Shown: in pieces, positions 25,401-45,400 of the stretch | Layout of the letters: every line of letters begins with the position of its first letter | Position numbering within the stretch: position 1 is the stretch's first letter | NCBI GenBank assembly: GCA_013115145.1 | Contig: JAAPAO010000091.1 | Coordinates: 19,300 to 83,299, forward strand | Length of the DNA stretch: 64,000 nucleotides | Source of the DNA: Perkinsus chesapeaki ATCC PRA-425 | Taxonomy: Eukaryota; Protista; Perkinsozoa | Direction of reading: 5' to 3' | Translations under genes and position numbers: made by a program | Notes under the pieces: model-generated | Databases searched by the model: none | Seen by the model: the letters and a program-made list of their open reading frames with translations, nothing else | What the model was told of the DNA's origin: nothing

Positions 25401-26085
25401 GTTCACATTAGAGATTGATAGACTGCAGTTTGGCTTCAATTGCTTGGATATCTCCAAGCCGGATCAAGTATCAGAACCCCCAGCGCACGGAGCGTAAGTT
25501 GGAGATGCCTCCTCTTTTATTATACCGGTGGTCTAGGTACGTGTTTGGTCTTTTCCTTGAGGGTTGTAGATGGGATCCTCAGCAACGACTATTGAGTGAG
25601 AGTTTGCCTAAGGAGCTGTAAGTTCTTTTCCTGGTCGAAGGGACAGTCGATTGTGCAAAAAGCTGGAGTTCCGGATCGCCTCGAAGCTAGGATATGCCCC
25701 TTTGCCTTGTAGATACAATGAGCTCCCTATGGTGCATTTCTTACCAGAGGTTGACCGTCAGACCCCTCCTGGAATGTACATGTGTCCAACCTATAAAGTC
25801 CTATCCAGACGGGGCACTCTATCCACGACTGGCCACAGTACAAACTTCGTCTTGTAAGTGGTGGGTCTCCTAAGGAGCAGGAGGACAGCAGACTCTCCTC
25901 CTGCTCCTAATCGGGCGAGCGCTAAATTCATTTGGTTGCCTCCCGGTCTCGGTGGAGCAGGGTGCAATAGAACGGCTGTGCGGGGCTGAGTGCAGATCTT
26001 CAGGTACCTCGAGCTGCCCAGTGATCGACCGCAGGATGTGTGGATCCGAGCGGGCGTGGCTGCTTTCCTGTCGCTCAAGTTCTGA
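10405..26085 (+). CDS. Axonemal inner-arm dynein heavy chain, DNAH1-like (multi-exon; start approximate)
   Basis: N-terminal [28 protein letters not shown]-loops: AAA1 GPAG|TGKTET (split by an intron), AAA2 [11 protein letters not shown]3 [11 protein letters not shown]4 [10 protein letters not shown]. Stalk coiled coil, [35 protein letters not shown], and C-terminal [24 protein letters not shown]|[26 protein letters not shown]. Confidence 0.97.
25873..25908. repeat. Perfect 13-bp inverted repeat (hairpin) in the last dynein intron
   Basis: aggagcaggagga (25873-25885), 10-nt loop, tcctcctgctcct (25896-25908). Confidence 0.85.
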
Positions 26086-26559
26086 GGTTAAGAAGCGTTT
26101 ACGCGGGGCAACTGCCTTCTTCCAAGCCGTGCCGCATGGAAGCAAATTCATTACGATTATGTGTATAGACGTTATCCCATTACAAGAGGGCTGTTGCGAG
26201 AAGTGGGGGCCTTAGTAGAGGGACAGTTTGTTACACAAATTAAGCTTGCACAAGCCATGGAGGGAAGGGCTCGCCCCCCTCTGCAGCTTGTGATCGGCGT
26301 CACGCCCAGCCGCAGCTTCTGCACGCGCGCGCACGTCACCGAAGATGGTCTTTTCAAGGGGTTTTTGCGTTCGACACACTCATTGTTTCATATAGTTGTT
26401 GCCCTTGTGGTAGTTCCTTACTTCGAAGGGCGAAAAGGGGATTGTTTCTCGTCTCCTCGTTTGTAAGGGGCACTTTGATCGATAGCGAAATATTGTGTGC
26501 ATGCGTGCCCCTCGCCGACTGTTGGGATTTGGGAGAATTGTTAAGTCTAGGGCTTGTGT

Positions 26560-26577
26560 TTGTTATGGTTTTTTCAG
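26560..26577 (+). promoter_or_regulatory. Candidate splice acceptor (5' UTR intron or spliced-leader trans-splicing) upstream of eEF3
   Basis: T-rich tract ending ttttttcag, 57 nt before the ATG, followed by a pyrimidine-rich UTR. SL trans-splicing is inferred from the presumed taxon only. Confidence 0.3.
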
Positions 26578-26634
26578 GCTTTGTCTGTTTCTACGTTCCT
26601 TCCTTTGACCCTTCCCACGTAAATAACATTAACT

Positions 26635-29600
26635 ATGTCCGTCTCTACTACGGTTTCCGTACCAGTAACTTTCCACCCCAAGACCTCGGAGCTGCTTAGC
26701 CAGCATTGTGTTGTCGATACTGCCCTCGGTAGCGCCACAGGTGCAGGTGCTGCCGCTGCCGAGAAAGCATTGCTCGAGGTGGTTGACCTATGCCAGGAAT
26801 ACTCCCACTCTTTCGAGCCCATCGGGTTCGCTCTCTTGCCTCAAATCTTCCTTTTGCATGCCCACAAGAAGTCCTCTGTGGTTAAGGCTGCTAAGGCCGC
26901 TGCTGATGCTATCATTGGCCTCGTTACCGAGGAGCGATCAGCCGTTGCAGTCGCTCTTGTGAAGGATATTGTTGTTGAGGGTATCAAGTCTAACAAGTAT
27001 CAGGCGCAGCAGGCCGCTCTCATCGCCCTTACGAAAATTGTTAAGGTGTGCGGTGTTGCCTTGTCCATGTATTTGGATGAGATTTTACCAGTTGTCTGCA
27101 CGGTCATCCACCACATTAAGGCTCCTGTCAAACAGGCTGCTCGTGAATGCCTTGAGGCTCTTTGCCTTACCAATGGCAATCGCGATATCCAGCCCTTTGT
27201 CCCTACTCTAGTTTCCGCTCTCATCAACGCCAACGAGCTCTCTGAGGCTATCCACTCATTGGGTGCTACTACTTTCGTTCAGCAAGTCGAGTTGCCCCCT
27301 CTGGCCGTGATTGAGCCCCTCCTGGTCCGTGCGTTGAAGGATACCTCTACTAAGACCGACATCAAGCGTAAGGTCTTCGTTATCGTCGACAATATGTGCA
27401 AGCTTATTGATGATCCGTTCCACTGTCGTCCCTTCGAAGGAAGCATGCTCGAGCTCCTCGACAGGGCACGCGAAGAGGTTTCTGATCCCGAGGCTCGTGA
27501 TGTTGCCACCCGTGCCTACCGTACTCTTAAGAGACTCTCCGAGACTGCTGCTGACAACGCCCAGAAGGCTGTATCTTTGGACGATGAGGTTGTCGCCGCT
27601 ACCGTCCGTGGTGTTCTGGCCCGTACTGCCCCCGCTCTTCTCGAGGATGTCTCTTCCTGCTGCTTCAATGCCTTCTGCACTGTTGCACAGAACTTAGCCA
27701 AGAGCAACAAGTGGAGTGATGACGACTGGACCTCTTGCCTTTCCGACTACCTTACTCTTTTCACCGAGGATGCCGATACTGGTGTCCTCGATGTGAGGGA
27801 TGCCCTTAAGGAACGTCGTGAGGAGGAGGCTTCCAAGAAGAACAAGGCCCCTGCTGATGATGTTGAGGAGGAGGGTGAGGATCTTTGCAACTGCGAGTTC
27901 TCCCTTGCCTACGGTGCCATGACTCTTCTTGTTAACACTCGTCTCCACTTGAAGCGTGGTCATCGTTACGGTATAGTCGGTCCCAATGGTGCTGGCAAGT
28001 CTACTTTGCTCAAGGCTATCGGCAACAATCAGGTTGAAGGTTTCCCCCCACCGGAGGAGCTCAGAACTGTCTATCTCGAGCACGATATCGATGGCGAGGA
28101 TGGTGAAATCACCGTCCTTGACTACCTTACCTCTTCCAAGGCCGTACAGGAAGTCGGCAATGGTGACCGCGAGACCTGTATCGCCAAGCTTGATGAGCTC
28201 AACTTCACTAAGGAGCTCCAGAGGAAGAAGGTGTCTGAGCTTTCTGGTGGTTGGAAGATGAAGCTTTCTTTGGCTGAGGCTATGCTTCGTAAAGCAGATA
28301 TTCTTATGCTTGATGAGCCTACAAATCATCTTGATGTTAACAATGTCGCTTGGCTTGAGAACTATCTCATTAACCTCAATAATGTCACCTGCATGATTGT
28401 TTCCCATGACAGCGGTTTCCTCGATAATGTCTGCACTAACATCATTCACTACGAGAACAGGAAGTTGGTTGCTTACAAGGGTAACCTTTCCGAGTTCATC
28501 AAGTGCAAGCCCGAGGCCAAGTCCTACTATGATCTTGGTGCCGTCGTTGATGAGTGGACTCTCCCTAACCCTGGATATCTGGATGGTGTTAAGACCAAGG
28601 GTAAGGCCATTCTTAAGATGACCAACGTCTCCTTCAAGTACCCCGGTGCTGAGAAGAAGCAGATCGATAACATTACTCTTGGTGTCTCTCTTGGTTCCAG
28701 GGTGGCTGTCATTGGTCCCAATGGTGCTGGTAAGTCCACCTGCATCAAGCTTCTCACTGGTGAGCTCAAGCCCGATTGCGGTACCGTGTGGAAGCATCAG
28801 AACATGCGTCTTGCCTATGTCGCTCAGCATGCTTTCCACCATATTGAGGATAAGCTCGATCTTACCCCAGTTCAGTACATCCTCCAGCGTTACGAAGGTG
28901 GTATCGATAAGGAGGATGTGACAAAGGTCGGACGTGAGACTACCGAGGAAGAAGAGGCTCTCCAGAAGTCCAAGATTGAGATCAGCATCGAGGGAGCTGG
29001 CAAAGAGAAGCGTGTCATTGACCGTATTGTTCAGCGTCGTAAGGCTAAGAACAACTACGAGTACCTCGTCAGGTGGCAGAACAAGAACGCTGAGGATGAC
29101 ACCTGGATGGAGCGCGAGAAGCTCATGGCCTTGGGTTTCCGTGCCCAGATTTTGAGGATTGATGAGCAGGAGGCTGTCAAGCTTGGTTTGATGCGCCCCC
29201 TTATCACCTCTGAGGTTGAGAAGCATTTGAAGAACCTTGGTCTCGACCCTGAGTTCGCCACTCATAACCGCATGAGAGGTCTCTCTGGTGGTCAGAAGGT
29301 TAAGGTCGTTCTTGCCGCTGCTACTTGGAACCTTCCTCATATTATCGTCTTGGATGAGCCTACTAACTACCTCGATCGTGATTCCCAGGCTTCCCTTACT
29401 AAGGCCCTTAATGAGTTTGAGGGTGGTGTTCTCATCATCTCCCATAACAAGGACTTCACTGATCGCATTTGCAGAGAGCAGTGGATTCTTCATGATGGCA
29501 AACTGAAGCGTGAGGGTGAGCTTGGTACTGAGATCACTGAGAAGCAGGAGGATAAGGCCGCTGACGAAGATTTGTATGATGCTATGGGCAACAAGATTGA

Positions 29601-29712
29601 GAAGAAGAAGAAGTTGACTGCCAAGCAGATCAAGCAAAAGAAGAAGGATCGTCTTGCCAGATGGAAGGCTGGTGAGGAGCTTTCCGAGTGGTCTGGTGAT
29701 GAATTGTTCTAA
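26635..29712 (+). CDS. eEF3: Eukaryotic translation elongation factor 3 (eEF3; ABCF ATPase with HEAT repeats and chromodomain insert), intronless
   Basis: HEAT region GATTFVQQV..IKRKVFVIVDNMCKL; EGEDLCNCEFSLAYG; two Walker A motifs GPNGAGKST; signatures LSGGWKMKL and LSGGQKVKV; DEPTNHLD/DEPTNYLD; chromodomain in ABC2 (YEYLVRWQNKNAEDDTW); Lys-rich tail. Confidence 0.96.
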   Translation: MSVSTTVSVPVTFHPKTSELLSQHCVVDTALGSATGAGAAAAEKALLEVVDLCQEYSHSFEPIGFALLPQIFLLHAHKKSSVVKAAKAAADAIIGLVTEERSAVAVALVKDIVVEGIKSNKYQAQQAALIALTKIVKVCGVALSMYLDEILPVVCTVIHHIKAPVKQAARECLEALCLTNGNRDIQPFVPTLVSALINANELSEAIHSLGATTFVQQVELPPLAVIEPLLVRALKDTSTKTDIKRKVFVIVDNMCKLIDDPFHCRPFEGSMLELLDRAREEVSDPEARDVATRAYRTLKRLSETAADNAQKAVSLDDEVVAATVRGVLARTAPALLEDVSSCCFNAFCTVAQNLAKSNKWSDDDWTSCLSDYLTLFTEDADTGVLDVRDALKERREEEASKKNKAPADDVEEEGEDLCNCEFSLAYGAMTLLVNTRLHLKRGHRYGIVGPNGAGKSTLLKAIGNNQVEGFPPPEELRTVYLEHDIDGEDGEITVLDYLTSSKAVQEVGNGDRETCIAKLDELNFTKELQRKKVSELSGGWKMKLSLAEAMLRKADILMLDEPTNHLDVNNVAWLENYLINLNNVTCMIVSHDSGFLDNVCTNIIHYENRKLVAYKGNLSEFIKCKPEAKSYYDLGAVVDEWTLPNPGYLDGVKTKGKAILKMTNVSFKYPGAEKKQIDNITLGVSLGSRVAVIGPNGAGKSTCIKLLTGELKPDCGTVWKHQNMRLAYVAQHAFHHIEDKLDLTPVQYILQRYEGGIDKEDVTKVGRETTEEEEALQKSKIEISIEGAGKEKRVIDRIVQRRKAKNNYEYLVRWQNKNAEDDTWMEREKLMALGFRAQILRIDEQEAVKLGLMRPLITSEVEKHLKNLGLDPEFATHNRMRGLSGGQKVKVVLAAATWNLPHIIVLDEPTNYLDRDSQASLTKALNEFEGGVLIISHNKDFTDRICREQWILHDGKLKREGELGTEITEKQEDKAADEDLYDAMGNKIEKKKKLTAKQIKQKKKDRLARWKAGEELSEWSGDELF

Positions 29713-30130
29713 AAACTGTTCGTTACTCTTTGTGGAGTGAAAGGTTTAGTACACTCTACAACTGTAGTAGAGCAGTACATAACAATAAGTCTCTTTACTC
29801 TACGAATTATATATGTGTATAACAAGGATATGTTCCGCACTCATCTAATTCATCGATGTACCAGGATGTCCGATTATGGACGTTCTAGCAGCTGTTGTAT
29901 ATTCGGCATTTTCTTGCCGCCCATTTTTCCCTGCTCAGCTGCTGTGAAACAGACGGCTTTGTCAGTTACTACGTTGAACGATTCACCCTTACCCATTTCC
30001 TTCTTTTGTTGCGTTATATTAGTATTATGTAAATACATAATAACACAATGCTGATAGATAATACAAATCTTGAAACGTATTAAACTACTACAATAGGAGA
30101 TTGTTCCAACTGCGCCGTCAATTAAAAGAA

Positions 30131-31854
30131 TCAGAAAAAGCGTCCCTCATTCGGAGCTATATCTCGTGTCATGAGCTCTTCTTGCATCTTCTGCTTCGGC
30201 AGTAGAGGAGCCACCGGAAGATGCCTTCTTTTACCGTTGTCAAAGAATCGCCTCATAAGGAATAAATAACCCGGAGGCACAGCTCGCGGTTCATTAACAT
30301 AGAAGTGCATACAGATGGCAAGGCAAACACTGAAGATTGCCGTCCTTGGTAATGGACCCAGAAATCGCCGGCACACACTGACTGAGTGAATGGCTTGTGC
30401 GATGAGAAATATAGCTAACTCTTGTCGTCTGTAGGGTTGCTCTAAGAGCAAGAGGGTGCCGCTAGCCAGGGAACCTAGCCAGATATGCGACGAGGTCGAT
30501 CGAGCAGTAGTGAGGAAGATGGCCATAAATGCCGATGACCTCAGAAGGCCACCCAAACTGTCCTTATCAATGATCTCGCTCAAGCGTACACGAGCGGCAG
30601 AAAGGACGAGTCTTGGCAGGAGATATGTAGGAGTAAGGATAAGGCAGGACTCCTTGAAGGCTCGGACCAACGACAGGATCAACTGCTTGGGACTGCGCCC
30701 AGTTTCGTCCAGCAGGCTTGGGAGCCGCTTTTTGACGAAGTCAACTAGCCTAATTGCGAACAGCTATACTATGCATGTCAATAGGAGTCCTACTGAGGAT
30801 CGAGCTCGTGCTTCCTGTTGCGCCAACACCACATTATACGCGCGATTGCAACGGCAGAAGTTGACACGGCTACTAGTCGACTAGAGATAGCTGAGGCTTC
30901 ACGGGACTGAACAATAAAGGATTCTACGCCAGACTCGATAGACTTAGGAACTGACTCCCAGCTCAGCAAGAACATATACGGTTCGGACAAGGATAAAAAC
31001 GGCAACATAGTACTGTGTGGAATCTGACAAAGCCAGCAACCACGGACCTGAGAAAGATGAAATCTCGGTCTGATCCCGACAAGGCTGACCAGAAAGCATT
31101 CCGACTGCCCAGGCTAACCGATGCCTTCGTTTGGCGGTTCCAAGTAGATAAAGTAAGGTGTTAGTGGTACTGACAACTCCACCGAAGAAGACGCCACATC
31201 TCACGTGGGAAGGGTGCAAGAGAGCTTTCAAAATTCCGGGAAGCCTGATCACAAATGAGGGCGAGACGAAAGAGAGCATTCTCGGACCTCCCTTCTGGCT
31301 GCGGCCTGACTCTTATCAGGCTTGGTATGGTCGCGCTCAATGCCATCGTACCGGAGGCCACCAGAGCTCCCTTGAAGAAATTACGCAAGATGCAGTGCTC
31401 GAGGCTAGGGTAAAGCTCAGGAGCATCGTGCCAAGGTCGAGCACCTGGCTAAATTATACCAGTGAAAATGCACGACTTCTCTACCAGCTTGGCGACATCG
31501 GTCAGATCTATCTCGCCCACGCCTCAACAGCGTACCCTGTGGGCCACTGTTGGTCCGATAGATCTACACAGTTAAACGAGGTACGGTCAAGTAAGCTTTC
31601 TGGGCACCTTCTGGTAGTCCTCATTCTGGTCGCCTCGAGTGCATACCGTCGATGAGGATTCGTCTTGAAGGTCCTACAGGGAGGAACTGACACTCAGCAA
31701 ACGAGCGTTTGAGGGTAACCTTCCAGTCGGGTGCTAGGGTCTTTGCTGCCCAATCGGCAAGTGTTTGGCTGGTGCTTCTACAGCTCGTCAGTTCCGACTC
31801 CTCGGGAATAGAAGGTAATCGTCCAACTTCCCTACAATGGCATGATACGCTCAT
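30131..31854 (-). CDS. TMEM135-like (peroxisomal membrane, Tim17-related) protein, multi-exon
   Basis: Motifs VRCGVFFGGVVSTTN, LLRSSAFMAIF, LLLEQPYRRQELAIFLIAQAI (cf. E...RR.ELA+Y of TMEM135); multiple TM segments. Confidence 0.7.
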
Positions 31855-32527
31855 GTTGGTGATACTCCACGCTGTTACCCTGTTATAGCAGACATGACGT
31901 TAAAGTCCATGCCCCATTGATGTGGGGATGGGAACAGAGAAGGTGTCATACCAACTGGGATATCCATTTATAATTGGTGACAAAATAGGGTGACAAACTG
32001 CACTTCACGTACAAATAGAGACACACTGCAGCAGCGATGCCGCTACTACTACTATCCCAGGAAGTTATAAACATCTCAACTTCAGCGGTTAGGTGATCCA
32101 TGATCCACCATTCATTCAATGGTATTGCGAGCTATAGAGATCTCGAATCAAGATCAACGCATTTGAAAGTCAGTCAGCAATGGGCTTGATACGTTCTACA
32201 CTAGACAGTGCCTGCGGACGAGCGGAAGCGTTCCCAGTCGGCACACTTCTTCTGATTCTTGCCGACAACCCCACACACGACTCCCCATAAGGTGGCCCTT
32301 TAGGTGACTCATAACTCGATAGCATGTAATAAGGGGAAGAAGTATGAACTTTTTCAACGTAACAAGGTGGAGCGTTAAGTGTTATCATCATCATCAGGTG
32401 GCATCCCTCAACCCATCAACCGCAGCAACACCTTCGACGGTTCACTCTTTTCTCGACTTCTTCGGGTCATCCTCGCGATCGGAGTACCTGAAGAGCAATC
32501 ATGCCCAATGCGGGGTGGCGCCTCTGC

Positions 32528-40981
<8,454 letters not shown>

Positions 40982-41398
40982 TGGTAACAGCCAACAACAG
41001 TGAACCCTGCAGCAACATAATATATACCCACACCCGACTTAACTGAGGTGAGCACGCAACTGCTTCGCTCCGCTAATTTTTTGTGAATTGTTTTACATTT
41101 TTCATAATGCAATTCCAATGTGTGGACACACTGCTAGCGGCCTACCCACATAGACACCTTCTCAGCGCCTATTTCGACAATAGTAACTTCCATTTGGATG
41201 GGCGAACGAAATTTACGTTAGGATTCTCGGTCAGGAACTTCACTTCGGCCCAAACTCAACAAGGCAGACTTGGGAACAAGAAGTGTCACAGTCATTTGAA
41301 TGTAGAAATGAACTGAATCCTCAACCCCTACATCCTCTCTATTATCAATTGCATTAACTCAAATACACGTTAAGTGTTTCATCGCAGTTCCTCGGCTC

Positions 41399-42376
41399 AT
41401 GTCAACCAACACAACATCTTTGGTCGTTACCACGGCCATCGAGGACCAATCAACATCCCCACTGCTGCCTACTACTACCATAACCTCTACTACTACCTTG
41501 CTTCCAACGTACCTTCCTGTATTGTCCCAACTATGCGGTATAGCGTATCTTTTCTGTTGGTCTGCTATGTACTATCCCCAGCTCTACCTCAATTTTAAGC
41601 GTAAATCGGTCCAAGGATTCTCTCTTGATTTGTGGTTATACAACCTTTCTGGCTTCCTAGGCTACACCATTTATAACTGTTATCGTGCTCACATACAAAA
41701 CACGTATAATTTGCCAAAGGCCGTTAAAACCAACGACGTTGTCTTCGCCGTCCATGGTCTTATTTGTAACATCCTTATAGGCTTGCAGGTCTATTTCTAT
41801 GATAGAGCTGGTCAAAAGATCTCAAAATGGACCTGGAGTTTCGTCGGTTTTGCGTGCTGTATATTCCTCTACCTTTCCTTTCTGGCATCAATCCATCTTA
41901 TACCATGGGATGCATTATTAGACAGCTCCTCGAATGCTATTATGACGCCTATTCAGTTCCTAGGCACTATCAAGGTTATCATTACGTTTGTTAAATACAT
42001 ACCACAAATCATAATGAATCATCGACGCAAATCGACAGCTGGATTGGCGATACAAGTCCCAATGATGGACATCGGCGGGGCACTATTTAGCAGCTTGCAG
42101 AATATATTGGATGCTATTTATAACAAAGATATCCACATTGTTACTGGCAATCTACCAAAAATGCTTATTGGCGCTGCAAGCTCCCTTTACGGTTTCTTTA
42201 TCCTTTTTCAACACTTTGTTTTATACCGTCCAACTATGCGATATGAGCCGGTATCCGAAGTAGAGCTTGGTCCGATGGATGATGGTAAGAAGGCAGCAGA
42301 AGTTCGAGTGTACCAGGAAGCCCCGATGCAAGTGAGCCGGCGAGCTGCTAATCTGCCTGTTATTGATCCTATATAA
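41399..42376 (+). CDS. Cystinosin-like PQ-loop lysosomal transporter, intronless
   Basis: Two PQ-loop repeats, WSAMYYPQLYLNFKRKSVQGFSLD and KYIPQIIMNHRRKSTAGL; NDVVFAVHG; about 7 TM segments; FILFQHFVLYR. Confidence 0.9.
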   Translation: MSTNTTSLVVTTAIEDQSTSPLLPTTTITSTTTLLPTYLPVLSQLCGIAYLFCWSAMYYPQLYLNFKRKSVQGFSLDLWLYNLSGFLGYTIYNCYRAHIQNTYNLPKAVKTNDVVFAVHGLICNILIGLQVYFYDRAGQKISKWTWSFVGFACCIFLYLSFLASIHLIPWDALLDSSSNAIMTPIQFLGTIKVIITFVKYIPQIIMNHRRKSTAGLAIQVPMMDIGGALFSSLQNILDAIYNKDIHIVTGNLPKMLIGAASSLYGFFILFQHFVLYRPTMRYEPVSEVELGPMDDGKKAAEVRVYQEAPMQVSRRAANLPVIDPI

Positions 42377-42488
42377 TTGTTAACTGTTACATTGCCGTGT
42401 TGCTGTAGAATTTCAGTCCAAATTTATCATATCGAACATGCTATTGTGTTACTAGTTCGAGGCACAACAGGTCGAGTAGTGGGGAAAC

Positions 42489-45400
42489 TTAAACATCTAA
42501 CAGTGCACGAACACTCTCAGGAGTGTGACTGACAGTGACATCAGGTAAGCGCTCAACTGCATAATTGTATATCCTCTCATATGCTTCGGCTATGTTCAGG
42601 CATATGCCTTGTCGGGCTTGAGATCGGAGGGATCGATCGCTAAGTCTATCAATAACTGGGATTGATAGAGCACCACCTGAACGGGATACGCTGACCCGTC
42701 GAGAGGGAATGGTAAGTGAACCCGTACTCAGGTTGAATAAGGCAGTGTAGAAGCCCCTCAAGCATGCTGAAAGTGTCAAAGGATCAGCATCCTCTCCACA
42801 AGAAATCTGCTCTAATATCTGTGATAGGCCCAGCTGCCTTAGGATCGACTAACACAAAGAGTCGGATGAGGAGGAGGAGGATCAGGCGCCGCGACAACTC
42901 CTACTTCCGAGTGTTCCTTAATGAGGGTATTCATCTGGTCCTCCATCAGCGATTGTAACATGGTCACTCTTTGAGACTGAAAAGAAGGGCTGATACAGAA
43001 AGACAAAATCGATGACCGAGCTTACAGTGAACGGAAAGCGCAATAGAGGAGCTTGCATTGCTACGAGACAGTTGAGCATGAATACTGGAGCGTCCCCTTG
43101 GGCCATGGCAGTTGATATTTGCTGACAGAACTGCAGCAATGGGTCAAGCGCTCCCGCTAGAATCTGAAGGGTATCGGTCTGCTAAGGCATAAGACATATC
43201 ACTATACCGGGAATAGCTCCGCCTGGGCTTGTTCGTCCTCAGTTTGTGTCTCCTTATATTTGGTACCAGACAGCATTGTGTGACTTTGCTGGAAAATACC
43301 AAGAATCTGCGAAGCATGAAATAATGACATATAACAATTGGGCTGAGCCGAGAATCGAACTCGGGACCTCTCGCACCCAAAGCGAGAATCATACCACTAG
43401 ACCACACAGCCGGCTGGATCTTTCAACCAAGAAAAAGCGCGCATGCGACTGGCGATTACCTCCTCGAGCGAGTGAACCGTGTTTTCCACGAAGGGTGGGG
43501 CTGACAAGTCGTGCAAGCTCGACGATGCAGATAACAAATAACTGAGAACAGGAGAGTACATGTCTCACATATTTTGGACTTACGCGCTGGTCGAGCGGAT
43601 AGCCTGGGCTTGAGCCTCCCATGCATCCAAAAACCTTCGATGCGTCTGCGTCTCCAGATCAGACAAAACCGTTAAAAGTGGCTGAGGACCGAAATAACTT
43701 AGGCCGAGGAGTGAACTGGAACATTTACTTCAGCAGCAACGTCATCGTCAGTCGCATCAGCTGGAAGCAGCAATGGCCGCAATGTCGTCTCAAAAAAGGT
43801 AAACAATTTCGACACCTAAATCTGCAGTCGCCACGAGGCACGTCTATCTACTGGGCTGACCTTGAATAGCTCTACTGGTCCCGGACCATGTCCGATTGCA
43901 GCATCGTCCCATATCGAGCTGCTTCGAGCTCTCCCTCTACCATCCGATGACTTCTCCTGTGTTGGAGACCGACCATCTGTCATGCTCGATCCGGTCCGAG
44001 GCAATGTAGCGTAACCGCCAGACCTACCGCACTCGGAATAATACTTACAAGATACCCACCTTACACAGCAACTTCCACTTTATGGCGAAGATGTTCAGCT
44101 ACTCCGCTGAGAGCAATACCGAGGCCTTCCCACCAGGTCATCGGCTCTGACACCAACAAGGCCAATCCCGACTCTGCGGGAAATCGCCCTACTCTCTCCT
44201 GTAGCATTATCGTCGTCAGACGGGCTGCTCTCCTGCGTATTCTCATCATCTTCCTGGAAAATCTGCGTAAAAAAGTCCCTCTCAGCAGCAGCCTGTTCAT
44301 GTATCCATGCCAGCATATCATTAGTGTACCTAACACCACACTATCTTATTCCCCTTTGCCGCCGCCTAGAACCTACCTGACGATATCATATGCGTGGATG
44401 TCGATGGGTCGGCTACCAAGCCCGCCTTTCACCAGCGTCTCATGGAACCTTTGCAGTAGAACCTGGCGGCGCACTCGCGCGATTTCCTGAGCAAAAAAAG
44501 CTAGCGTTGTTTGTTGAACCTTATCGGGTCTCACCTTGGCCGAATGATTGAAGTAGACGAGCCTATGACGGATAACACGAAGACCCTTGTTTATCTTCAT
44601 TGTTATCTCGTCCTCTTTATCATGATCGCTACCAACATTCATCAACTCCTTGCACTGTCTCTAAATGTTGAGTGTGATGGAATAGTCCAACTTCATACCC
44701 GTCGCGTACACAAAATAATATATACCTCCAGCGACTCAATGTCGTCTTAAAGGAGAAGCTGCGCGGAATACCAAGAGTAAAATACCAATCGAATGATATG
44801 ACAAGAAATGAGTAACAAAGACCAAGAGCAAATACTTCATAGTTTAAGCAATGAACATAGTACTAATGATAGCGCTGATAATAGTGCAATACCAATAAAT
44901 ATAGTGTAATACCGAATTATCGTGGAGTAGCAGTAGATTATAATTTATAACAGTATAATACCGAACCATTACCTGTATCCATACAAAGATCCTTTCATAT
45001 GCTATCTCCTCCAGATCTGATGTCTGATGTAATATATCCAACGCCAGAGCAGCATCATGATGATGTCCACCACCACCCTCTCTGTCAGAGCTATCCTACC
45101 ACATCAACAACTACCTTACCACTACATAGGCACAATACCACTACCCCTGAAGAGGAGGGGCTCGACGGTATACCTCCGCCGCCGCCACCCTTATTGGCAC
45201 GATTGTATCCGCTGAGCTCATCCAGCATCCGTCTGGCCTCCATCCGCACCTAACATCCGTCACCACAGCCCATGCTGCCAGCCTACCCTATTAAGCTGCT
45301 CAAGGCTTCTAAAGAAAGCATCATCTATAGTAGAATCGGAGTCACGTATCCGAGCGACATCCTCCGGAGACAGCAGAAACCGAGACGAAAATAGGTCGAG

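Noticed and set aside
27694-29637. 647-aa antisense ORF opposite eEF3
   Set aside because: Shadow of strong codon bias in the sense gene; the translation has no recognisable motifs.
44161-44200. Apparent frameshift or 19-nt/GA-AG intron in COG6
   Set aside because: A canonical 46-nt GT-AG intron (gtaggg..gtgtcag) restores the frame.
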